64,000 bases of DNA. It comes from Candidatus Omnitrophota bacterium. GTDB taxonomy: Bacteria; Omnitrophota; Gorgyraeia; 2-01-FULL-45-10. Shown here piece by piece: positions 1 through 9,042 of this stretch; position 1 is the first letter of the stretch, and each line of letters begins with the position of its first letter. Position numbers and translations under genes: made by a program. Under the pieces are notes generated by a model, which saw nothing but the letters and a program-made list of their open reading frames with translations, was not told where the DNA came from and did not search any database. Location: the NCBI GenBank assembly GCA_030695905.1, contig JAUYOL010000004.1, positions 2,874-66,873 on the forward strand, read 5' to 3'.

Positions 1-1394
1 TATCCTTTTTCCAGGAAAACCTTAATCGTAACCAGGCGGCAAAAGATTACCTGGTCTCAAGAGGCATAGGCGAAGAGATAATAAAAAACTTCAGGATAGG
101 CTATGCCCCTGACGGCTGGGAAAACGGATTGAATTTTTTTAAGAAGAGAAGCATTGATGGCGCGATCCTTGAAAAGGCGGGCCTGGCGATATCCAATGAG
201 AAGGGCGGCTACTACGACAGGTTCAGAAAACGCCTCATGTTCCCAATATTTGATCTTAAGGGCAGGGTGTTAGGGTTTGGCGGGAGAGTGCTGGATTCGA
301 GCCTTCCAAAATATATGAATTCACCTGAGACATGCATATATTCGAAGGGCCGGCATTTATATGGGTTAAATCTCAGCAAAGACGAAATAAAGAAGCAGGG
401 TTATGCGCTGATAGTGGAAGGTTATCTCGATTTTATCATACCCTATCAGGCCGGCGCGAAGAATATAATAGCTACGCTGGGCACGGCTCTTACTATAGAC
501 CAGGTGAAGCTTTTAAAGCGGTTTGCTAACACCAGTATAATGGTATATGACCCGGATGAGGCAGGCGAAGCGGCAAGCCTGCGCAATATGGATATGTTCA
601 TAGGTGAAGGGGTGAATGTTTATATAGCGGAGCTGCCCAAAGGATTTGACCCCGATAATTATATACGAAAATTCGGGACGGATGATTTCATAAAGATGAC
701 AAAGTCCAGTAAGAACCTATTTGATTACAAGCTGTACAAACTGTCATCCAGATTCGATATTAAAACAGCGCATGGCAAGGCTGCGATAGCCGGAGAGATG
801 CTGCCGACCATTTCCAGGATAGAGAACGCGGTGTTGAGATCGAATCTCGTGAAGAAATTAGCTGAAAAATTATCCGTGGACGAAGAGTCAATAAGGACCG
901 AATTAAGAAAAGTAAAACCGGATTATGGGGCGCGTACCTATAATGTTACGCCGGTGGAAGCAAGGAAGGATTCGAAGAGCGCCGAGAAGATGGTATTGGC
1001 CCTGCTGCTTGAAGGGGAGAGTTTTGTGCGGCGCGCCAAGGAGTCGCTGACATTGGATGAGTATAAGGACTCGCTGGTAAGAGATGTTATCAAAGCGGTT
1101 TACGATCTATCAAGAGAAGAAAAGAATATAACAGCCGTCAGGCTGATGAATCATTTCGACAATAACGAAGACGCTTCAGATCTTATATCCGAGGTTGTCC
1201 ATATATCGGAGACGCTGGATAATAAAGACAAGATACTCTTGGATTGTATAGCAAAGATAAAGAGGGACAACGTAAAGGACAGGCTCTCAAGGCTTCAGGA
1301 CGCCATAAAGGTTGCGCATGCTTCTAACGATGACAATTTGGTTACGAAGCTTGTTAGTGAGTATACCGAGCTTTTGAAAGTGAATAAGACTTAA
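1..1394 (+). CDS. dnaG: DNA primase DnaG, 5'-truncated by the window edge (TOPRIM and C-terminal helicase-interaction regions present)
   Basis: The frame is open from nt 3, and upstream of the listed ORF it reads ...[25 protein letters not shown], the conserved DnaG linker. A TOPRIM motif ([17 protein letters not shown]) is present. The gene sits in the canonical dnaG-rpoD operon context. Confidence 0.9.
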   Translation, partial: SFFQENLNRNQAAKDYLVSRGIGEEIIKNFRIGYAPDGWENGLNFFKKRSIDGAILEKAGLAISNEKGGYYDRFRKRLMFPIFDLKGRVLGFGGRVLDSSLPKYMNSPETCIYSKGRHLYGLNLSKDEIKKQGYALIVEGYLDFIIPYQAGAKNIIATLGTALTIDQVKLLKRFANTSIMVYDPDEAGEAASLRNMDMFIGEGVNVYIAELPKGFDPDNYIRKFGTDDFIKMTKSSKNLFDYKLYKLSSRFDIKTAHGKAAIAGEMLPTISRIENAVLRSNLVKKLAEKLSVDEESIRTELRKVKPDYGARTYNVTPVEARKDSKSAEKMVLALLLEGESFVRRAKESLTLDEYKDSLVRDVIKAVYDLSREEKNITAVRLMNHFDNNEDASDLISEVVHISETLDNKDKILLDCIAKIKRDNVKDRLSRLQDAIKVAHASNDDNLVTKLVSEYTELLKVNKT

Positions 1395-1396
1395 GA

Positions 1397-3085
1397 ATGA
1401 AAAAAAGTAAAAGGAAGATAATGAAAAGAAGAAAAATAATCAGAAGGCCCAGGATGAAGAGTATCTTCAAGAAATTCGACCTGAGGGCCAAGAACAAAAA
1501 AGAAGTGAAGCCGGAAATTAAAGAACCGGCGGCAAAGAGGAAGATATCCAAGGAACTTTCCGAACTGATAGCCCTGGGTAAGGAGAAGGGGCATCTTACG
1601 TTCGAAGAGGTCAATAATATACTGCCTGTAGATATAGTTTCTTCGGAAGAGATAGATGAAATACTAAGCGTATTAGGCGATGAAAATATAAAACTTGTAG
1701 ATACAGAAGAGGAACTTACCGAAAAACCCGCGGAAGAAGGAGTGGAAGAAAAGAAGGAAGAGGTGGCGCCGGTTGTGGAAGAGCCCGCCAGGACGGTGCA
1801 GGTAGACGACCCGGTAAAGATGTATCTGCGGCAGATGGGCCAGATATCGCTTTTGACCAGAAAAGAAGAACTTGAAATAGCCGGTAAGATAAAAGATTCG
1901 GAAGGTAAGCTGAGGGATGTCGTTTCAGATCTTCCGGTTGCTAAGACTAAAGCGCTTGAAATACTGGACAAGGCCTTAAAGGAAGAGGTAAATGTAGAAG
2001 AGTTCCTCAATATAGATCCAAAGTTTAAGCTTTCAAGACTGAAGAAGAAGATGGCGAGCCTGGCGGATGGCTTGAGAAAAGCCAGGACCCCTTCGAGCAT
2101 AGGACGGCTGGTAAAAGAGGCTAATTTCGCGATGCCGGTTGTTGAAGAGATGGTGAAGAAAATAGAGGAATGCCTTGTAGAACATTCCAAAGTCGAAGGG
2201 CAGTTAGCCAGAGCCAGAAAATCAAGAAGCAGGGATGATATTAAAAGGCTGCGTAAGCAAAAGAACAGAATTGAAAGGGATCTTGGTGAGCCCGCTGACG
2301 AAATGCGGGAACATTTTAAGCTCGTAAAATCATGCGAGATTAAACTTAATAAGCATAAGAAGGAACTTGTTGCGGCAAATTTAAGGCTTGTGGTAAGCAT
2401 TGCCAAAAAATATACCAATAGAGGCCTCTCATTTTTAGATCTCATACAGGAAGGTAATATCGGGCTTATGAAGGCTGTCGATAAGTTCGAATATAAGAGA
2501 GGATATAAATTTTCCACATATGCGACATGGTGGATAAGGCAGGCTATAACACGTTCGATAGCCGACCAGTCCAGGACGATAAGGATACCTGTGCATATGA
2601 CAGAGACTATAAATAAATTGATAAGGATATCCAGATCGCTCGTCCAGGAAAATGGAAAGGAGCCGACGCCTGAAGAGATAGCGCACAAGATGAGGATGCC
2701 CGTAGACAAGGTAAGAGGCATCCTTAAGATAGCGCAGGAGCCAATTTCACTGCAGACGCCTATAGGCGAAGAGGGTGATACGCATTTCGGTGATTTCATA
2801 GAGGACAAAAGAGCTGTGTCTCCTGCAAATGCTACGGCCTATTCCATGTTGAAGGAAGAGATGGATGACGTATTGGGTACTTTGACAGAGCGCGAAAAGA
2901 AGGTATTGAGGCTGCGGTTTGGAATAGGTGACGGTTATCCGAGGACGCTTGAAGAGGTGGGTGCCATATTTAAGGTTACCAGGGAGCGCGTCCGACAAAT
3001 AGAAGCGAAGGCATTGAGGAAGCTGAGACATCCGACGCGTTCAAGAAGATTGAAGAACTTTTTGGCAATGGGCTCGGGCGAGTAA
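1397..3085 (+). CDS. rpoD: RNA polymerase primary sigma factor (sigma-70, RpoD), 562 aa
   Basis: It has the region 1.1 acidic stretch, region 2 ([46 protein letters not shown]), region 3, and region 4 ([30 protein letters not shown]). It lies immediately downstream of dnaG. Confidence 0.95.
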   Translation: MKKSKRKIMKRRKIIRRPRMKSIFKKFDLRAKNKKEVKPEIKEPAAKRKISKELSELIALGKEKGHLTFEEVNNILPVDIVSSEEIDEILSVLGDENIKLVDTEEELTEKPAEEGVEEKKEEVAPVVEEPARTVQVDDPVKMYLRQMGQISLLTRKEELEIAGKIKDSEGKLRDVVSDLPVAKTKALEILDKALKEEVNVEEFLNIDPKFKLSRLKKKMASLADGLRKARTPSSIGRLVKEANFAMPVVEEMVKKIEECLVEHSKVEGQLARARKSRSRDDIKRLRKQKNRIERDLGEPADEMREHFKLVKSCEIKLNKHKKELVAANLRLVVSIAKKYTNRGLSFLDLIQEGNIGLMKAVDKFEYKRGYKFSTYATWWIRQAITRSIADQSRTIRIPVHMTETINKLIRISRSLVQENGKEPTPEEIAHKMRMPVDKVRGILKIAQEPISLQTPIGEEGDTHFGDFIEDKRAVSPANATAYSMLKEEMDDVLGTLTEREKKVLRLRFGIGDGYPRTLEEVGAIFKVTRERVRQIEAKALRKLRHPTRSRRLKNFLAMGSGE

Positions 3086-3088
3086 GTT

Positions 3089-3394
3089 ATGCTGAAAAAA
3101 AGCGTTATCTTTTTTATCGCGACTTGTCTGTTAATGTTAGCCGCAGATTATGCGCATAGCGTATACCTAAAGGACGTTGGCCAGCAGGTGGAAGGCAGAC
3201 AGCTGACCAATAAGAAGATGTGGACAAAGATTTTAAGGGATATGCCGGCCCGGCAGATAAAGGATATATTAGGAGAGCCGGAACGCGCGGTGGAAGGTGT
3301 TACTACGATATGGTTTTATCAAAAGGGCGGCAGCGTGGAATTTTCTAATGGCAAAGTCATTAAATGGATCAAGCCCTATTCCTGGGATTATTAA
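3089..3394 (+). CDS. Small secreted hypothetical protein (101 aa, N-terminal signal peptide)
   Basis: The ORF starts 3 nt after the rpoD stop. It has a hydrophobic N-terminus (MLKKSVIFFIATCLLMLAADYA). I recognise no family. Confidence 0.45.
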   Translation: MLKKSVIFFIATCLLMLAADYAHSVYLKDVGQQVEGRQLTNKKMWTKILRDMPARQIKDILGEPERAVEGVTTIWFYQKGGSVEFSNGKVIKWIKPYSWDY

Positions 3395-3400
3395 ATCCGC

Positions 3401-3429
3401 TTTACACTTTCCTGATAATTCAGTATAAT
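3401..3429 (+). promoter_or_regulatory. Consensus sigma-70 promoter (TTTACA, 17-nt spacer, TATAAT) driving the tRNA pair
   Basis: The -35 TTTACA is at 3401-3406, followed by an exact 17-nt spacer and the -10 TATAAT at 3424-3429. The -10 ends 18 nt upstream of the tRNA 5' end. Confidence 0.7.
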
Positions 3430-3447
3430 AACACCTTCTAAAATAGT

Positions 3448-3523
3448 GGGCCCGTAGCTCAGTCGGTAGAGCAGGAGACTCATAATCTCTTGGTCCAAGG
3501 TTCGAGTCCTTGCGGGCCCACCA
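3448..3523 (+). tRNA. tRNA-Met (anticodon CAT). Elongator Met or lysidine-modified Ile2; G1:C72 argues against initiator.
   Basis: The cloverleaf was read by eye. Acceptor GGGCCCG pairs with CGGGCCC. D-arm is TAGCTCAGTCGGTAGAGC. Anticodon stem GGAGA/TCTCT carries loop CTCATAA. T-arm GGTTCGAGTCC is followed by an encoded CCA. Confidence 0.85.
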
Positions 3524-3572
3524 TACTAGTTCAGTTTACGAGTTGTTTGTAAGGTTAGCGGGTATAGAGGGC

Positions 3573-3649
3573 GGGCACTTAGCTCAGCTGGTTAGAGCGC
3601 TGCGCTCACATCGCAGAGGTCAGAGGTTCGAGTCCTCCAGTGCCCACCA
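3573..3649 (+). tRNA. tRNA-Val (anticodon CAC)
   Basis: Acceptor GGGCACT pairs with AGTGCCC. D-arm is AGCTCAGCTGGTTAGAGC. Anticodon stem CTGCG/CGCAG carries loop CTCACAT. T-arm GGTTCGAGTCC is followed by an encoded CCA. Confidence 0.85.
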
Positions 3650-3667
3650 CTTCCTGGAAATTATTTT

Positions 3668-4381
3668 ATGATAAATCTCGAAGAACAGATTAAGTTACTG
3701 GTCGAACTCCAAGGGCTCGATACGCAAATTTTCAGGCGCGAAAAAGACCTATTTGACATGCCTGAAAATTTAAAGAAGCTCGACGAAGAGTTTAAAGCCA
3801 AGATGGCAGGCCTGAAAGCCCTCGAGGATAATTTAAAATCCATGCAGGTAAAGCGCAGGGACAGGGAGAATGATCTGGCGACTAAAGAAGGCTCTATAAA
3901 GAAACTGCAGACGCAGCTGTATCAGCTTAAGACAAACAAAGAATTCTCTACGATGCAGGAAGAGATAGCCAGGATCAAAGCGGATAACTCTTTGATAGAA
4001 GAAGATATTTTAAAGATATTCGATCAGGTTGATATTGAAAATGGGAAGATCTCAAAGGAAAAAGAATTTTTGAAGGGCGAAGAGGTAAAGCTGAATGACC
4101 AGAAACGTAAAGTAGAAGAAGAGACCAAGCGCATAAAAGCAGAAGCAGATTCACTAAAGACGCAAAGGGTTGCGCTTGTGGAAAAGGTGGATAAGACAAT
4201 TCTTGCCAGATATGACAGGATAATAAAGGCGAAAGACGGCCTTGCGGTAGTGCCGGTGGCAGGCGGATCATGCCAGGGATGTTTCAGGATACTTCCTTTT
4301 CAGGTTATACACGAGATAAGGATGAAGAAGGATCTTGTTATTTGTGGAAGCTGCGCTCGGATACTTTACCTTGAAGAATAA
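3668..4381 (+). CDS. COG1579/DUF164 coiled-coil protein with C-terminal C4 zinc ribbon (237 aa)
   Basis: A long coiled-coil region is followed by CQGC...x20...CGSC at the C-terminus (VPVAGGSCQGCFRILPF...LVICGSCARILY). Confidence 0.7.
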   Translation: MINLEEQIKLLVELQGLDTQIFRREKDLFDMPENLKKLDEEFKAKMAGLKALEDNLKSMQVKRRDRENDLATKEGSIKKLQTQLYQLKTNKEFSTMQEEIARIKADNSLIEEDILKIFDQVDIENGKISKEKEFLKGEEVKLNDQKRKVEEETKRIKAEADSLKTQRVALVEKVDKTILARYDRIIKAKDGLAVVPVAGGSCQGCFRILPFQVIHEIRMKKDLVICGSCARILYLEE

Positions 4382-4787
4382 GCGCCTTGAAATTTATGTA
4401 GATGGCGGTGCCAGAGGCAATCCGGGTCCTGCGGGGGTCGGAGTTGTTATACTGGATGCCGGTGGCAAGAAGATAAAAGATGTTTCGAAATATATAGGCG
4501 AGGCCACAAATAATATCGCGGAATACAACGCGCTTATCTATGGCCTGGAAGAAGCTCTGATGCTAAGAGCCGACGAGGTAAAAATAAATCTGGATAGCGA
4601 GCTTGTAGTCAAGCAGATCAATGGTGAGTATCGAGTAAAAGATGCGAACCTGAAACCGCTTTTTGAAAGAGCGCTTAATATGTTGAAGAGTTTTAAGAAT
4701 TTCGAGATTAATCACATAGACCGCTCAAAGAATAAAGAAGCGGATAAGCTGGTAAATAGAGCTATTAACTTAGCGAGTTTAATATAG
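4335..4787 (+). CDS. rnhA: Ribonuclease HI family protein. The true start is probably the internal TTG at about 4371, overlapping the upstream stop.
   Basis: RNase H fold motifs are present (EIYVDGGARGNPGPAG, ..AEYNALIYGLE, and D/E/D residues). The annotated ORF start overlaps the upstream gene by 47 nt, so a later start is likelier. Confidence 0.8.
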   Translation: MLFVEAALGYFTLKNKRLEIYVDGGARGNPGPAGVGVVILDAGGKKIKDVSKYIGEATNNIAEYNALIYGLEEALMLRADEVKINLDSELVVKQINGEYRVKDANLKPLFERALNMLKSFKNFEINHIDRSKNKEADKLVNRAINLASLI

Positions 4788-4791
4788 TTTT

Positions 4792-5168
4792 AGCGAGCCG
4801 GATGGTCGCCCGCCGATAAGATCGGCGAGAGGAAAGTCCGAGCTCTAAAGAGCAGCGTAACGGCTAATGGCCGTCCGTCGAAAGACGAGGATTAGAGGAC
4901 AGAGACGAGGCTCCGTCAATTGTTGTATGACGGAGAGTGAGACGACCAATCTCTACGCGGAGCAAGACCAAATAGGTCTCGATTAAGGAGTTGCTCGCTC
5001 CTACTGCAAATTGATCTTCGTTAGCGGGTAGTAAATTCCGCGAAGCGAAACACGTCAGTATCGAGACGGGTAAGGTCGCTTGATCCTGCCAGTAATGGCG
5101 GGACTAGATAGATGACCATCTCATTCTGTGCAAACAGGATAAGACAAAACTCGGCTTACAGGCTCGCT
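4792..5168 (+). ncRNA. rnpB: RNase P RNA, bacterial type A (rnpB), about 377 nt
   Basis: The P4 strand GAGGAAAGTCCGAGCTC matches the universal GGAAAGTCCGGGCTC motif. GGAGCAAGACCAAATAGG matches the E. coli GGAGCAAGGCCAAATAGG. ACAAAACTCGGCTTACAGG corresponds to ACAGAACCCGGCTTA. The terminal P1 helix pairs AGCGAGCC (4792-4799) with GGCTCGCT (5161-5168). The region has no ORF. Confidence 0.9.
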
Positions 5169-5175
5169 AATATTT

Positions 5176-5209
5176 AAAGGGCGCTTCAATTCGAAGCGCC
5201 CTTTTTGTT
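5176..5209 (+). terminator. Rho-independent terminator after rnpB
   Basis: GGGCGCTTC-AATT-GAAGCGCCC is a perfect 9-bp GC-rich stem followed by TTTTTGTT. Confidence 0.8.
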
Positions 5210-5255
5210 CCTCATCCCATCAGTACTATTAGCAATAAATATACATGATAAATGC

Positions 5256-5284
5256 TTGACATGGGTGGTGGCATAGTGTATACT
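5256..5284 (+). promoter_or_regulatory. Near-consensus sigma-70 promoter (TTGACA, 17-nt spacer, TATACT) upstream of mraZ and the dcw cluster
   Basis: TTGACA is at 5256-5261, followed by a 17-nt spacer and TATACT at 5279-5284, about 50 nt upstream of the mraZ GTG start. A GGAGG RBS precedes the start. Confidence 0.65.
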
Positions 5285-5333
5285 TTATATCACGTAGTGG
5301 TGAAAAGTGGTATAAAGTGGAGGAAGGCCATCT

Positions 5334-5777
5334 GTGTTCTACGGTGAATATGAGCATACAATAGATAAGAAGGGCAGGATCATCATCCCGTCGAAGTTCC
5401 GTGATTTTTTAAAGGAATACGACATAAAAAAGATGTTCGTCACAAGAGGCCTTGATAAGTGCCTCTTTTTATTTACCGAAGATGAATGGAAGACGCAGGA
5501 GGCAAAATTTAAATCCATTCCGTTTACAAAATCTGAATCGAGAAAATTTAACAGGCTTTATTTTTCCGGCGCGGCTCTGGTCGAATGCGATGCGCAGGGC
5601 AGAATCCTTCTTCCGAAATATCTTAAGGATTTTGCCGAGATAAAAAGGGACATAATGTTTATCGGCGTTTCGAACAGAATGGAAGTCTGGTCGAAAGAAG
5701 TATGGCAGGAGTATTATAAAACTTCCAAAGGCTCTTACGAAGAGATAGCCGAAAGCCTAATGTCTGCGGAAGGGTAA
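5334..5777 (+). CDS. mraZ: Transcriptional regulator MraZ (147 aa)
   Basis: It has the duplicated DUF/MraZ fold with DxxxR-like motifs (IDKKGRIIIPSKFR ... DAQGRILLPKYLK). It is the first gene of the dcw cluster. Confidence 0.9.
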   Translation: MFYGEYEHTIDKKGRIIIPSKFRDFLKEYDIKKMFVTRGLDKCLFLFTEDEWKTQEAKFKSIPFTKSESRKFNRLYFSGAALVECDAQGRILLPKYLKDFAEIKRDIMFIGVSNRMEVWSKEVWQEYYKTSKGSYEEIAESLMSAEG

Positions 5778-5792
5778 TAATATAGATCGGAG

Positions 5793-5987
5793 GTGGCTTG
5801 TATGAGTCCCAGATATCGCAAGTGCGGCAAAAAAGTAAAACTCTATAATGCCAACATGGACGCGTTTATCGAGCGCTTAAGAAGAGTAAGGGCTCTTAAC
5901 AGCGATCCGTCCTTTTTTGGCATGGATTCAGATAACGTGAAAAAATTTTCTTTCCATAAGTTCGAGATATTAACAAAACTTTTATAA
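5793..5987 (+). CDS. Small basic hypothetical protein (61-64 aa) between mraZ and rsmH. Likely start is ATG 5802 after a GGAGG RBS.
   Basis: The ORF fills the 230-nt mraZ-rsmH gap. A GGAGGTG Shine-Dalgarno sits 8 nt upstream of ATG 5802. I recognise no family, and it could be spurious. Confidence 0.35.
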   Translation: MACMSPRYRKCGKKVKLYNANMDAFIERLRRVRALNSDPSFFGMDSDNVKKFSFHKFEILTKLL

Positions 5988-6006
5988 TAAGCGGAGTATC
6001 TGTAGT

Positions 6007-6891
6007 GTGCATCAGAGTGTAATGATTGAAGAGGCTATAAGTTCTTTGAATTTGAAACACGGTTCAATCGTGGTAGACGGGACGGTCGGCGGCGGCGGGC
6101 ATTCTCTCCAGATACTTAAGATGATAACCCCGGCCGGCCGCATGATAGGCATAGACGCGGACGCCAGCGTGTTAAAGATAGCGCAGGAAAGATTAAAAGA
6201 TTTTAGCGGCTCTTTCACATTAGTGAATGACAACTTCAGGAATATCGACAGGATACTCTCGAAAGAGAACGCAAAAGACTTGGACGCCATCCTTTTGGAT
6301 ATCGGCATATCGTCTTACCAAATAGAAGATACGTCAAGAGGGTTTAGTATAAAAAACAATAGCCGTCTCGACATGAGGATGGATCCCAGGTCCGGCATAA
6401 CGGCCTATGATATCGTAAATAGGTACAGCGAAAAAGACCTGTCGGATATTATAGAAGAATACGGCGAAGAGAGGTTCCATAATAAAGTTGCCCGCTACAT
6501 AGTTTACGCAAGGCAGAAAAAACCGATAGAGACAACTCAGGAATTGGCGCTGATTGTGCGCAGGGCAGTCGGATACAGATACAGAAATTCCAGGATAGAT
6601 CCTGCGACGCGGACATTCCAGGCTATAAGGATAGAGGTAAACGACGAACTTAGATCCCTGGAAGAAGGTTTAAAGAGCGCTATATTTTGGCTGAAAACCG
6701 GCGGACGGATAGTAGTGATATCGTTCCATTCGCTTGAAGATAGAATAGTAAAGAATTTGTTTAAAGGGTATGCGGAATTAGGGATTTTAAAAATTATAAC
6801 AAAAAAGCCTTTGACGCCTTCGCAGGATGAAGTATTTAATAATCCGCGCGCAAGAAGCGCAAAGATGAGAGTAGCGGAAAGGATTAAATAG
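6007..6891 (+). CDS. rsmH: 16S rRNA (cytosine1402-N4)-methyltransferase RsmH/MraW
   Basis: VVDGTVGGGGHS is the SAM-binding motif. Overall length and position after mraZ also fit. Confidence 0.9.
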   Translation: MHQSVMIEEAISSLNLKHGSIVVDGTVGGGGHSLQILKMITPAGRMIGIDADASVLKIAQERLKDFSGSFTLVNDNFRNIDRILSKENAKDLDAILLDIGISSYQIEDTSRGFSIKNNSRLDMRMDPRSGITAYDIVNRYSEKDLSDIIEEYGEERFHNKVARYIVYARQKKPIETTQELALIVRRAVGYRYRNSRIDPATRTFQAIRIEVNDELRSLEEGLKSAIFWLKTGGRIVVISFHSLEDRIVKNLFKGYAELGILKIITKKPLTPSQDEVFNNPRARSAKMRVAERIK

Positions 6892-6896
6892 CAATT

Positions 6897-7283
6897 ATGA
6901 GAATCGCAAGGTACGCGATATCGATATTGATATTAACGGTCGCGGCGTTAGTATATGTTCACCAGCAGATAGAGCTGGTTAAGTTAAGTTACGAAATAGA
7001 TTGCAAGGATAAAAAGGTCAAGGAGATGCTTGACCAGAGGGATATCCTGCGTTATAATATATCCAATTTAGAGTCACCCTCCAGGTTGGAGAACGCTCTT
7101 TCGCTGAAGAAGGTCGCGGTTTCTTACCCTAAGAAGGGGCAGGTTATTATTTTGTCAAAGGCGCATTCGTATTCAAGAGCTTTGCCTGTTTTGGGCACAT
7201 CTAATCTCGAAGAACGGACGCCCATTTTTAGATTTTTTGATTTTCTCGCAGGACGCGCAGAAGCGCACGCCAGAGAAAAATAG
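6897..7283 (+). CDS. ftsL: Cell division protein FtsL-like (single TM plus coiled coil)
   Basis: It is a 128-aa protein with an N-terminal TM (ISILILTVAALVYV) and a coiled coil, located between rsmH and ftsI. Confidence 0.7.
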   Translation: MRIARYAISILILTVAALVYVHQQIELVKLSYEIDCKDKKVKEMLDQRDILRYNISNLESPSRLENALSLKKVAVSYPKKGQVIILSKAHSYSRALPVLGTSNLEERTPIFRFFDFLAGRAEAHAREK

Positions 7284-7323
7284 ATTTTAATAGCATAAGC
7301 ACAGTTTTAAGGATTTTCAGTTC

Positions 7324-9033
7324 GTGCATAGCGGAATTTTTAGGACTCGCCAGGTATTCGTCTTTCTTTTTTTTCTCCTATCTTTAATGCTTCTTATCGT
7401 ACGTCTATTTTATCTCCAGGCAGTAAGATATCCTTTTTTTCATAAGTTAGCCAATGAAGAGCACGCATTTTCTGAAAAACTACAGCCGAAAAGAGGAACC
7501 ATATTCGACAGAAATATGCGCGTTCTCGCGGTTAATCTTAACAGGGAATCAGTATTTGCAAATCCACGCCAGATAAAAGATAAAAACCAGGCCGCAAAAA
7601 TCCTCGCTTCCGTATTAAGTTTAGATAAAAATGTTGTTGCGGAAAAAATTTCCAGAGACAAAGGGTTCGTGTGGATAAAGAGGAAGATTACCACAAAAGA
7701 AGCCCTTGACCTGAAAAAATGCAATCTTAAAGGCATAGACTTTGTCGAAGAGTCAAAGAGATTCTATCCCAACCTGCAGTTAGCATGCCACGTTCTCGGC
7801 TCTGTCGATATCGACAACAAGGGCTTGGAAGGCCTCGAATCCCTTTATAATAGTTATCTTAAAGGCGAGGGCGGGTGGCTGGTATCTATGCAGGACGCGA
7901 AGAAAAACCTGTTAAAATCCTACCAGGAAGAATTTTTGGCCCCGAGAAATGGTTACAACCTTGTACTTACGATAGACGACGTTATACAGAATATAGCCGA
8001 AAGAGAACTATTTAAAATGTACGATAAATATCACGCGAAAGGCGCGTCTATTGTAGTGATGGATCCAAAGAATGGCGATATCCTCGCGCTTGCCAGTTAT
8101 CCCAATTTTAACCTTAACAATGTGTCTAACAGGTCAACGGAATCTTTAAGAAACAGGGCTATAAATGATTTTTTTGAACCGGGAAGCATATTTAAGATCA
8201 TTACCGCGAGCGCCGCTCTTGAAGAAAATGTAGTAAATTTCAATGACAAGTTTAATTGCGAAAACGGCGCCTGGAAGATAGGCAAAAGGGTTTTACATGA
8301 CCACAGGCCGCATGGTATATTAACATTTAAGGAGGTCATTGAAAAATCCAGCAACATAGGTACGGTAAAAGTAGCCAGTCTTTTTGGACCCAAGAAGATG
8401 TATGAGTATATGCGTCTTTTCGGATTTTATGAAAGGACAGGCATAGATTTGCCGGGTGAGGTAGTAGGCATGAACAGGCCCCTGGCTGGCTGGACCCCAT
8501 CAAGCATGTATGCGATACCGATGGGTCAGGAGGTGACCTCCACGACCATGCAGCTTGCGCGCGCGATGGCGGTTATAGCGGATAACGGATTTTTAGTCAA
8601 ACCCCGTATAGTTAAAAAGATCATAGATGAAGATGGCGAAGTGGTGAAAGAGTTTCCTATCCAGGTGACGAGGAAGGTCATTTCTCCACAGGTTGCGGCC
8701 AAGGTAAGAGGGCTCCTGATGGGTGTCATTGAATCCGGCACAGGGCAAAAGGCCAAGATGGAAGAGTTCAGCGCGGGAGGAAAGACCGGCACGGCGCAGA
8801 AGGTAATCGGTGGTTTGTACTCGCACGATAGCTTTGTGGCTTCATTTATAGGTTTTGCTCCGGTGTCGAAACCGGTCCTCGCTGTAGCTGTATGTGTTGA
8901 TGAGCCGCGGCCTGTATATTATGGAGGTGATGTGGCCGCTCCTGTTTTTAAAAATGTCGTAGACGAGTCTTTAAAATACCTTAATATAAAAGATGCATAT
9001 ATGCCTGTGAGGCAGGCCATCGCGAAGCGATAG
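7324..9033 (+). CDS. ftsI: Peptidoglycan D,D-transpeptidase FtsI (class B PBP, PBP3)
   Basis: It has an N-terminal TM and PBP dimerisation domain. The transpeptidase motifs SIFK (SxxK), SSN and KTGT are present. Confidence 0.9.
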   Translation: MHSGIFRTRQVFVFLFFLLSLMLLIVRLFYLQAVRYPFFHKLANEEHAFSEKLQPKRGTIFDRNMRVLAVNLNRESVFANPRQIKDKNQAAKILASVLSLDKNVVAEKISRDKGFVWIKRKITTKEALDLKKCNLKGIDFVEESKRFYPNLQLACHVLGSVDIDNKGLEGLESLYNSYLKGEGGWLVSMQDAKKNLLKSYQEEFLAPRNGYNLVLTIDDVIQNIAERELFKMYDKYHAKGASIVVMDPKNGDILALASYPNFNLNNVSNRSTESLRNRAINDFFEPGSIFKIITASAALEENVVNFNDKFNCENGAWKIGKRVLHDHRPHGILTFKEVIEKSSNIGTVKVASLFGPKKMYEYMRLFGFYERTGIDLPGEVVGMNRPLAGWTPSSMYAIPMGQEVTSTTMQLARAMAVIADNGFLVKPRIVKKIIDEDGEVVKEFPIQVTRKVISPQVAAKVRGLLMGVIESGTGQKAKMEEFSAGGKTGTAQKVIGGLYSHDSFVASFIGFAPVSKPVLAVAVCVDEPRPVYYGGDVAAPVFKNVVDESLKYLNIKDAYMPVRQAIAKR

Positions 9034-9042
9034 ATAATATTT

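Noticed and set aside
1354-2808. 484-aa minus-strand ORF antisense to rpoD
   Set aside because: It is extremely low-complexity (Ser/Leu/Ile runs), fully overlaps a high-confidence gene, and has no motif. This is a typical antisense shadow of an AT-rich, charge-rich coding region.
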